From NCBI GenBank assembly GCA_007375785.1, contig VMEY01000006.1, forward strand, positions 1-31,749: a stretch of DNA of 31,749 nt. The letters run 5' to 3'. The position numbers were made by a program, and so were the translations under genes. The notes under the pieces were generated by a model. The model searched no databases and was not told where the DNA came from. It worked only from the letters and a program-made list of their open reading frames with translations. The first letter of the stretch is position 1; each line of letters opens with the position of its first letter. Below are positions 25,018-31,749 of the stretch, one piece after another. This stretch comes from Parcubacteria group bacterium Athens0416_74 (lineage in GTDB: Bacteria > Patescibacteriota > Minisyncoccia > Phycocordibacterales > UBA2100).

Positions 25018-25077
25018 GCGGGTATTGTACCAACAAAGTGACCGAAGGTGTCGTAATGTGCAGCCATAGAGCCACTG

Positions 25078-25105
25078 TTGACAATATCACGCAATGTGCT
25101 ATAAT
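25078..25105 (+). promoter_or_regulatory. Consensus sigma70 promoter
   Basis: TTGACA (25078-25083), 16 nt, TATAAT (25100-25105) with a TG extension. An AGAGG SD precedes ATG 25142. Confidence 0.85.
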
Positions 25106-25141
25106 TGAATTTGGAAATTCACCCAAGAGAAAGAGGTCGCC

Positions 25142-26008
25142 ATGCGAGTTATCGCTATCTTCCTGATGCTTCTCGGTCTGCTCGCTGTCGGCAGCAACGT
25201 CGCGGATTCGCTGCTGAACTCCAAGTCGAAGACATCAGCGCAAAGGAGCTTCCCCGTTTACCATTCGTATGACGAAAAGGACGGGGTCCGGTTCGGCAAG
25301 GTGGGAGCCATTTCGTACATGCTCGACCGCGAAGGTCGCGCCATGTCCGAGGGCTTTCACAGCTTCTACCGCCTTCCCGACGGGAAGTGGGTCGGTAACA
25401 TCGGCTCACTGAACTTCTTGCTGGTGAACGGGAAGAGAATCACGCCCGGATTCCACAGCATCTTGGCTCGCAACCATGGGTACATCGCATCCCTCGGAGC
25501 ACGCTCGTTCGAGCTCCACTCCGATGGGAGCTTCGTTGACCCAGATGCTGCGAACAGCTTTCGCGACCAGAAGTTTCCTGGTTCTCGCGCCGACCGCCTG
25601 AAAGGGCGGTCAACTTTTTTATATACCAAGCGAACGGCGTTTTTCGAGGTACGCGAGGATTGCAAGAACGTACGCAGCATGCGCCCAGGTGAGCGGTGTC
25701 GCTCCGACTTGCACGCCCGTATGTGGGTGGAGCTGTTCAGAGAGCACGCCCGACGGCTGTGCGTGGCGCACCACCCACGAGAATATGTCACGCACCCTGT
25801 CGAGGTCGTGATCATTCTTCGCGCGCGCAGTGAGGTACTCCGCATACCAGAGTGTGGTGATCGCCCAAGGATTACCTGCGGAATTGTGGTCAATCTGGTA
25901 GTAATCATCGTTGTCGAAGCGGGCCAATCCGCCGCTCGTAATCCCTCTGCCGAGCGCGCGCACCGTGGTATCCCATGCTTTGTGCAATCGCGGGTCAGTA
26001 ATCGGTAA
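25142..26008 (+). CDS. Secreted/membrane-anchored repeat protein; only the first ~150 codons look genuine
   Basis: N-terminal hydrophobic helix and about three 31-33-aa repeats with GFHS. The last 390 nt are antisense to the GH15 gene and lie beyond a terminator-like hairpin. Confidence 0.6.
   Translation: MRVIAIFLMLLGLLAVGSNVADSLLNSKSKTSAQRSFPVYHSYDEKDGVRFGKVGAISYMLDREGRAMSEGFHSFYRLPDGKWVGNIGSLNFLLVNGKRITPGFHSILARNHGYIASLGARSFELHSDGSFVDPDAANSFRDQKFPGSRADRLKGRSTFLYTKRTAFFEVREDCKNVRSMRPGERCRSDLHARMWVELFREHARRLCVAHHPREYVTHPVEVVIILRARSEVLRIPECGDRPRITCGIVVNLVVIIVVEAGQSAARNPSAERAHRGIPCFVQSRVSNR
25592..25620 (+). terminator. Terminator-like hairpin between convergent genes
   Basis: GACCGCCT-GAAA-GGGCGGTC (GNRA loop on +) followed by AAC-TTTTTT. 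It lies directly behind the GH15 stop on the other strand. Confidence 0.65.
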
Positions 26009-27577
26009 GATGCCGAAGCTAAACACACCGTAGATGCTCGAAATATCGATAGTCGTGTCGCGCTCGTACGAGTCTCCGACCGGAGTGAGCATGTTGATAA
26101 ACATTTCTTCTTTTTCATCCCACAGATGCTCAAGCAGGGCTTCCTTCACCTCTTCCGCTGCCAAACGGTAGCGACTCTCATGTGTATCTTTGCCCAAGAC
26201 GCGCGAGAGTTCGGCCGCCGCGATGAGTGCGCCGTACACAGCCGATGTGGTAAATGTGGATACGCCACGCTTTCGCTCCCACAAGTCGTAGGATGGGAGC
26301 GGGAGATTTGTTTGCGGGTCACGGTAGCGCACCATAAAATTGGCCGCCTTTTCCACAAGCGGGTTGTACATCTCTTCAAGGAAATCCAGGTCCTTACTCC
26401 GCTCATAATGCTTGCGAAGCGCATATATCACAAGCGCCGTCTCATCTTCCTGTATCGGCAATTGCGGGATGCCATCCTTTATCCACGGATGCCACGAGGA
26501 GCCGAGCGATTTGTCGGGCAGGTATTTATGGAGAAAGTAGCCTTCTTCAAAAAGTACGTCTCTCGAGAATGAGAAAAATCTTTGTGCGGTGTTCATCTCG
26601 CCCACCTGGTCAAGCGCGTGCGCCACGTATGCCGCATCGCGCGGCCACACGTACGAGTACGTATCGAGGCCGTACTGCAACATATCGGAATCCACCGACG
26701 CCAAGATGCCGCCGTCTTTATCGACCGCAGCGCGCATGTTGAGGAGTGAGCGCTTGAAGAGCGCGACGTGCTCCGCAGTGAGTCCATCGAAATCCCACTG
26801 GTACGCATTGACCCACGCGTGCCAGAAATTGGTCGCCGTCTTCACGAGGTGCTCGGGAGTTTTCTTGACCACGTATGCATTGAGATCTTTCGCCTCCTGA
26901 ATAGACTGCGCCGCTGCGAGCCAGTAGTAGCACGTGCGCGACTGCCCGGGCGCGTAAGAACCGTACAGGCCAAGTATTGAATCCGCGGGTCCGTGTTCTA
27001 TCGGGTTTTTGGATAGCTCGCCGTCTTCGGCATCGACATGTGACCCCTCTTTGCCTTGAAAGTTGGCGCGTCCGGTCGTGTAATCCTGAAAGGGCTCGCC
27101 GTCGAGCCGCGCGCCGATGAGAAAGACGCGGTGTCCCTTGTAGTGGATGAGCGCGCTCGTCTCCGGGTCGAAATACGCCGTGTCTGAGCCGTGCGATTTG
27201 TATATTTCAAATTGGTGCGCAAAGTAGAGTTTTATTTCGCGCTTTCTGTCAGACTTGTTGAGCACAGAGACGCGGCGGATGAAGACGGGCTTTTCGTTGT
27301 AGACAATATCCTTAAACGTGAGCTCAAGCTGCAGCCGCGCATGCTTCGCCACGATGGCGCTTGCGAGCGCATCGGTCTCGCTCGAGACGCGGATATCCCA
27401 CTCGCCTCCGCCAAACCACGTCATCTGCCCGTCTACCCACACACCGAGCCGATGCACATAGTGGCCGCGTACATGGTCTTCAAGGCCGACGTGCGGGTAG
27501 TAGATGTCGCGCACTTCTCCCCGCTCATCGAGTGAGACGCACAATTCTCCGTTGGAAAGAACAACAGCGCGTGCCAT
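25619..27577 (-). CDS. GH15 glucoamylase-like glycoside hydrolase
   Basis: G.ILAS.D, YSYVWPRDAAY, QEDETAL, SYDLWER, RF..D.YY, GNPWAITTLW, GVLSEQL, ATPLTWAHA.YV. Confidence 0.92.
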   Translation of the reverse strand: MARAVVLSNGELCVSLDERGEVRDIYYPHVGLEDHVRGHYVHRLGVWVDGQMTWFGGGEWDIRVSSETDALASAIVAKHARLQLELTFKDIVYNEKPVFIRRVSVLNKSDRKREIKLYFAHQFEIYKSHGSDTAYFDPETSALIHYKGHRVFLIGARLDGEPFQDYTTGRANFQGKEGSHVDAEDGELSKNPIEHGPADSILGLYGSYAPGQSRTCYYWLAAAQSIQEAKDLNAYVVKKTPEHLVKTATNFWHAWVNAYQWDFDGLTAEHVALFKRSLLNMRAAVDKDGGILASVDSDMLQYGLDTYSYVWPRDAAYVAHALDQVGEMNTAQRFFSFSRDVLFEEGYFLHKYLPDKSLGSSWHPWIKDGIPQLPIQEDETALVIYALRKHYERSKDLDFLEEMYNPLVEKAANFMVRYRDPQTNLPLPSYDLWERKRGVSTFTTSAVYGALIAAAELSRVLGKDTHESRYRLAAEEVKEALLEHLWDEKEEMFINMLTPVGDSYERDTTIDISSIYGVFSFGILPITDPRLHKAWDTTVRALGRGITSGGLARFDNDDYYQIDHNSAGNPWAITTLWYAEYLTARAKNDHDLDRVRDIFSWVVRHAQPSGVLSEQLHPHTGVQVGATPLTWAHAAYVLAILAYLEKRRSLGI

Positions 27578-27579
27578 GG

Positions 27580-28773
27580 TTATTTTCTTTTCTCAAGCCT
27601 GAGCTTGAGATCCGAGAGGGCATTCATGTATGAAATATATGCATCGTAGGGCGATTCATACGGCGAGAAGTATGCATGAACATCACCGTCGGCAGACCAC
27701 TTGGTACACATATAGTAGAAGTGGTCCGACGTCTGCAGCTTGCGCCAATCTTCCATGAGTCGCCCATCGTTGGCCAGCATCACCTGGTCTTCGATACCGT
27801 ACACCGCATCTATCGCGGCTTTTTGCATGGGATTGCCCACCCACGCGGTGAGGTCGCGGTCGGTGTCCGCCCACGTCACGATATTCGGCATATCCACCTC
27901 ATCGCGTGGTTCATATGCTTGAATCACCTCGCTCGGCGTCTTAAACGCAATATCGGGATTCTTGTAGAGCTCCTCGGGAAGCTTGTCGAGAAAGTGGAAG
28001 ATGCCCGTGTCTTCCCACTGGTGCTCTCCGAAGGTCTCGTAGTCCATAAAGAGATTTATCGTGTCCCCCTCCATCGCGTGCACCCACTGTGCGAATTTCT
28101 CCGTGGTCAGTGGCCACTCAGACCACTCACGCGACGAAAAACGAAATGCGATGTCGTCACTCAGACGATAGTTCTTGAGGAGTAGGCGCGTATTTTTTGC
28201 CCCCTTCGGTGTGTACACATAGTTCGGACTCCTCCAGCCCAATATCGGGTCCCATCCCTCTGCTATCACGCCGAGGTATCCCTCTCTATCGGCCCAGTGC
28301 CCGAGGTCGTTGCGGTACGAGAGCTCCGTATTGCGAAAGACGCGCGGCCACACGCCAAAGAGGCGCCGCACAATTTCTCGATGCTTTGCGACCTGCCGCT
28401 CAAACTCACCGGGAGAATAGAAAAAAGCGAGTGAGTGGTAGTACGTCTCGCCCAAGACTTCAGCGCGACCGGTGTCTACGACCTGTTTGAAGAGCTCTAT
28501 CGCCTGGGGCACATACCGCTCGAGCTGCTCAAGCGCGATACCCGAGAATGAAAAGCTTATTCGCATCTCCGGGTGACGCCTCAGGAGGTTGAGAAGGAGC
28601 GTCGTCGCCGGAATGTACGATTTGGCGGCGACTTTTTCCACAATCTTGCGGTTGTTGAGGTCGCTCTCGCCGCGGTCGTTGAAGTATTCGGGGTCGTTGC
28701 CGATATCAAACACGCGATACCGTTTGACGCGGTAGGGTTGGTGCACTTGAAAGTAAAAGCAGACCGACTTCAT
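27580..28773 (-). CDS. GH57 family alpha-amylase-like protein
   Basis: FQVHQP (CSR-1), GETYYHSL, FRNTEL (catalytic Glu), LFMDYETFGEHQW (catalytic Asp), LQTSDHFYYMCTKW. Confidence 0.93.
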   Translation of the reverse strand: MKSVCFYFQVHQPYRVKRYRVFDIGNDPEYFNDRGESDLNNRKIVEKVAAKSYIPATTLLLNLLRRHPEMRISFSFSGIALEQLERYVPQAIELFKQVVDTGRAEVLGETYYHSLAFFYSPGEFERQVAKHREIVRRLFGVWPRVFRNTELSYRNDLGHWADREGYLGVIAEGWDPILGWRSPNYVYTPKGAKNTRLLLKNYRLSDDIAFRFSSREWSEWPLTTEKFAQWVHAMEGDTINLFMDYETFGEHQWEDTGIFHFLDKLPEELYKNPDIAFKTPSEVIQAYEPRDEVDMPNIVTWADTDRDLTAWVGNPMQKAAIDAVYGIEDQVMLANDGRLMEDWRKLQTSDHFYYMCTKWSADGDVHAYFSPYESPYDAYISYMNALSDLKLRLEKRK

Positions 28774-28849
28774 GTTCGGTTTTCTTGGCTCACCGCATCA
28801 TTTTATCATCAAATTATGCACAAATTACATGGGTTCGCTGAAAAACACA

Positions 28850-30055
28850 TTACCGCACCAGCTCCTGGAGGATACCGTCGAGTTTTACTGCCGCATCAGC
28901 CCACGTAATGCGGTCAGCCTCCCTTTTGGCATTGTCGGCAAGCGATTCTCGAAGCGCATCATGACTGACCACCGAGAGTATCTTGCTCGCCATCTCATCG
29001 ATGTCCCAGAAATCGACTTTGAGCGCATGGTGCACCACCTCCGAGACGCCTGATTGCTTTGAAATAAGGACTGGCGTACCAAGCTTCATGCTCTCGAGCG
29101 GCGTGATGCCGAAAGGCTCAGAGACGGAGGGCATGACAAAGAGATCGGCAGCCATGTACATCTCATGCCGGTCAGAGCCGGCGAGAAAGCCTGTAAATAG
29201 CACATTGCGCGAAATATCGAGTTTCCCTGCGAGCTGCAGTATCTCCTCTTCCATATCCCCCGAGCCGGAGACGACAAACATGACCTTGGGGTCATGCTCC
29301 AGCACCTTTTTTGCGGCGCGCAGGAAATAATCGGGACCTTTTTGTAGCGTGAGACGACCGAGAAAGAGGACTATTTTGAATCCGGAGCTCTTGAGGTTGC
29401 GCATGCGCTTGAGGCCGTCACCACTTGGCGCAGTGCTCTCGTCGATGCCATTGTGCACCACGCGCACTTTGTCGGCCGGTATGCCGTACTTACTCACAAT
29501 AATCTGCTTCGTGAAATCAGAGACAGCGACTACCCTGTCGGCCGCTTCCATCCCCGCCTTCTCTACATCATACACATGGCTATTCACGCTCGCGTTGCCA
29601 CCGCTTCTATCAAACTCTGTCGCGTGCACATGCGCGATAAACGGCTTGCCCGTAGCCTTCTTCGCTTCTATGCCCGCACCGAAAGAGAGCCAGTCGTGCG
29701 CATATATCACATCAAACTCTTCTTCTTTTGCTATCACACTCCCCATCCGCGTATAGCGTTCTACTTCATCGAAGAGATTGTTTGCATAGATACTTCCACC
29801 GTTCTCCTTTTTATACTTGGAGCTCGTCACATAGGGAGTGAGCGGCGAGTTCACCGCATACTCCACGACACCCGGCCTCTCCGCAAAGACCATGCGCGCC
29901 CACGGACTCGAGACGTCGAGCTTCTTTGGCATCACAAATATCACTTCAAATCCGCGCTCGGAAAGCGAACGTGTTATCCCCTGGCATGCGACACCAAGGC
30001 CGCCGGAATTGTGCGGTGGAAATTCCCACCCAAACATGAGGATGCGGGTATGCAT
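28850..30055 (-). CDS. GT4 glycosyltransferase (glycogen/alpha-glucan synthase-like)
   Basis: MFGWEFPP..SGGLG, HDWLS, HVHATEFDR, GRLT.QKGP, PSVSEPFGITPLE. Start ATG 30055. Confidence 0.9.
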   Translation of the reverse strand: MHTRILMFGWEFPPHNSGGLGVACQGITRSLSERGFEVIFVMPKKLDVSSPWARMVFAERPGVVEYAVNSPLTPYVTSSKYKKENGGSIYANNLFDEVERYTRMGSVIAKEEEFDVIYAHDWLSFGAGIEAKKATGKPFIAHVHATEFDRSGGNASVNSHVYDVEKAGMEAADRVVAVSDFTKQIIVSKYGIPADKVRVVHNGIDESTAPSGDGLKRMRNLKSSGFKIVLFLGRLTLQKGPDYFLRAAKKVLEHDPKVMFVVSGSGDMEEEILQLAGKLDISRNVLFTGFLAGSDRHEMYMAADLFVMPSVSEPFGITPLESMKLGTPVLISKQSGVSEVVHHALKVDFWDIDEMASKILSVVSHDALRESLADNAKREADRITWADAAVKLDGILQELVR

Positions 30056-30098
30056 GAGGTGCCTCAATTTTAGCATCCGGTGTGGTAATCTCTTCCTC

Positions 30099-30824
30099 AT
30101 GACTGCACCAAAAGCTGCGCTCTTCGACCTCGACGACACGCTCGCTGAAAGCTTTCAGCCGCCCTCGACGAGCATGGTAGAAAAACTCGGCGTCCTTTTG
30201 ACAAAAATGCCGGTCGCCATTGTCTCCGCCGCCGGATACGGTCGGATAGAGCGCGATTTTCTTCCGATTCTCGAGAAATCACCCTTTGTGAAGAATCTTT
30301 ACATTCTCCCCAACAGCTCAGCGCAGGCGTACTCATGGCATGACGGCTGGAACGAAGAATATTCGCTCGCGCTCACGCACGAGGAGCGACACCGCATCCG
30401 CGAAGCTATCGAGAAGAGCGCGGAAAATGCAGATCCGCGTGCACTTATCCTCGACCGCGAGGTACAGATTGCGTACGCCGCGATTGGGATGGAGGCGTCA
30501 CTCGAGGAAAAGAAGTCATGGGATCCGGACCAGTCAAAGAGAAAGGCGCTCAAGGTACGGCTCGACGCGATGCTCCCCGAATTTGAAGTGCTCATCGGTG
30601 GTATGACGACCATAGACATCACGCGGAAAGGCATCAGCAAGGCTTACGGGGTGCGCTGGCTCAGTGAGAAACTCCACATATCCCCCGGTGACATGGTCTA
30701 TGTGGGCGATGCGCTCTACGAGGGCGGCAACGACGCCGTGGTCATACCGACCGGCGTCCGGACTCGCCCCGTCTCCGGCCCCGATGAGACCGAAAAGGTC
30801 ATCGACGAACTCCTCGCGGTATAG
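30099..30824 (+). CDS. HAD-IIB hydrolase (eukaryote-type PMM-like)
   Basis: Motif I FDLDDTLAES, GGMTTIDIT.KG..KAYG, motif IV YVGDALYEGGND. Start ATG 30099 follows TGG-TAATCT by 7 nt. Confidence 0.88.
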   Translation: MTAPKAALFDLDDTLAESFQPPSTSMVEKLGVLLTKMPVAIVSAAGYGRIERDFLPILEKSPFVKNLYILPNSSAQAYSWHDGWNEEYSLALTHEERHRIREAIEKSAENADPRALILDREVQIAYAAIGMEASLEEKKSWDPDQSKRKALKVRLDAMLPEFEVLIGGMTTIDITRKGISKAYGVRWLSEKLHISPGDMVYVGDALYEGGNDAVVIPTGVRTRPVSGPDETEKVIDELLAV

Positions 30825-31057
30825 AGCCATCCAAGTGCGATATTATCGCACCACGATTTCGGCCACTTCCTGGTGTGCGGCCCTGTTTTCTCATGTCCGA
30901 TGTTTTCAACTGCTGTATGTTCCAATATTCTCCTCCAATCGTAACGATACGGATTGCTGCCCAAACCTCAAATTTATTTACCGTACCGGCATGCCGATTC
31001 TTCAAAAGTCGTCCACCTGATGGCATGGCCTCGGATATCCATTGCTGACAGGAGTAC

Positions 31058-31086
31058 AAAAAGAAAAACCGCCTTTAACCGGGCGG
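31058..31086 (-). terminator. Intrinsic terminator of the MOSC gene
   Basis: On the - strand: CCGCC-8 nt-GGCGG followed by TTTTTCTTTTT. Confidence 0.65.
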
Positions 31087-31108
31087 CACGGCATTTACAT
31101 GGAGAAGC

Positions 31109-31558
31109 TTAGAGTATGAAGAAGACCTTGTGACCGAGCGCGACTGCACCTTCATGCGCCACCCTGCACGTGATCCCGCCACACCACCCGATGGCGAGAG
31201 CTTCTTTCAAGCCCGGATGGACCTGATCCATCCTTTCGCATGGTTCAGTCTCACCGGTGATTTCGAGAACTAGCGCGGGACCGAAGCAAAGCAAGCGTCC
31301 GACGTCGCGCGGGCCGAAACACGCGTCGGAGACATACAGATTCGCCCGACGCGAAAAAATCGAGAGCGAACCACCGATGTCGCGGCAGGCCTGATTCCAT
31401 TGCGGAACCGAGAGCACCGTCACCTGCCTTTTCCGATCGGGCCCTCCTCGTCCGAGACGGTCTCCCACAAGACCCACGGTGTTCGAGACAGCAATCTTCT
31501 CATGTTCGCGCATCCGCTCGCCTTTTCTCGCCTTTGTTGCAATACCGATGAGTTCCAC
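31109..31558 (-). CDS. MOSC-domain protein (YiiM/YcbX-like)
   Basis: GL.GD, RQVTVLS, RRANL.V and LEITGETEPC.RMD...PGL..AL....GG..CRV..G motifs. GTG start at 31558 with a GGAGGG SD. Confidence 0.85.
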   Translation of the reverse strand: MELIGIATKARKGERMREHEKIAVSNTVGLVGDRLGRGGPDRKRQVTVLSVPQWNQACRDIGGSLSIFSRRANLYVSDACFGPRDVGRLLCFGPALVLEITGETEPCERMDQVHPGLKEALAIGWCGGITCRVAHEGAVALGHKVFFIL

Positions 31559-31652
31559 GGATATTCCCTCCCACAAATGATGACAGACCGATTTATACAA
31601 TATATGCGGTGGTCTGTCGAGCTGTTCGGCGAGGGGCTTCCGCAATATCTGA

Positions 31653-31749
31653 CTAGCGAAATGTGACCGTGCCGCTGTCGTACTTGAGACTGAGGATGAG
31701 CTCTCCCTTTGAGGTGAAGTGGTAGCCGGCGGTATTTGCGAGTAGCTCA
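31653..31749 (-). CDS. C-terminal fragment of a probable META/HslJ-domain protein (runs off the window end)
   Basis: Manual translation ELLANTAGYHFTSKGELILSLKYDSGTVTFR*. It resembles the terminal strands of META domains. Confidence 0.55.
   Translation of the reverse strand, partial: ELLANTAGYHFTSKGELILSLKYDSGTVTFR

Noticed and set aside
25592-25611. CCGCC...GGCGG stems at 25594 and 31069 as further copies of the purB/folA palindrome
   Set aside because: Different loops and flanks, and both are explained as terminators.
28772-29053. 93-aa + strand ORF beginning in the GH57/GT4 gap
   Set aside because: Mostly antisense to the GT4 3' end, with no motif or initiation signal.
30835-30851. Palindrome GTGCGATA-T-TATCGCAC after the HAD gene
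   Set aside because: Single copy, no U-tract and no adjacent promoter, so operator, terminator and chance cannot be distinguished.
30799-31059. 75-86-aa - strand ORF in the HAD/MOSC gap
   Set aside because: No recognisable motif, no clear promoter, it lies behind the MOSC terminator and overlaps the HAD 3' end. It cannot be excluded but is unsupported.
31582-31618. 8-bp inverted repeat GACAGACC/GGTCTGTC around the putative MOSC promoter
   Set aside because: The 21-nt spacer is long and it is a single occurrence. It may be a weak terminator of the META gene.
1-31749. CRISPR array, tRNA, rRNA, riboswitch, integrase or transposase
   Set aside because: No regularly spaced repeats, no cloverleaf or rRNA motifs and no recombinase motifs were recognised by eye. 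No PurR box or ZTP/guanine riboswitch was recognisable upstream of the pur genes. An Infernal/tRNAscan run would be needed to exclude RNA elements.

Overview
A 31.7-kb, moderately GC-rich bacterial chromosomal window. Gene content and style suggest Patescibacteria/CPR (Parcubacteria-like), which is inference only. From left to right it holds: a partial SWIB gene, a lone receiver domain, a VPNTG-anchored surface protein, a divergent cytidine-deaminase-fold gene and a TagD-like cytidylyltransferase. Next come an OmpR/HK pair, a PurH N-terminal domain, a frameshifted phosphohexomutase and an ABC-2 exporter. A de novo purine cluster follows (purL with fused PurS-like domains, purQ, purE, purM, purC, broken purB), then a thymidylate/folate cluster (folA, CYTH, dcd, thyA, glyA, dedA) and a sugar/alpha-glucan cluster (ROK, cupin PGI, GH15, GH57, GT4, HAD-IIB). 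MOSC and a partial META gene close the window. No rRNA, tRNA, CRISPR array, integrase or transposase was recognised. The most unusual signals are five. (1) A 788-bp single-gene islet sits in the 3' end of purQ, flanked by a 39-bp identical direct repeat and two synonymously recoded PurQ C-termini. (2) The same 16-nt palindrome TCCGCCGG(C/T)TGGCGGA lies in frame inside two unrelated genes, purB and folA. (3) Eleven genes have a -10 hexamer 6-8 nt before the ATG, suggesting leaderless mRNAs, while accessory genes use Shine-Dalgarno (SD) sites, two of them with near-consensus -35/-10 promoters. (4) Short internal deletions recur in purB, PMM and PGI. (5) A strongly promoted ORF reads through its own terminator-like hairpin without a stop codon.
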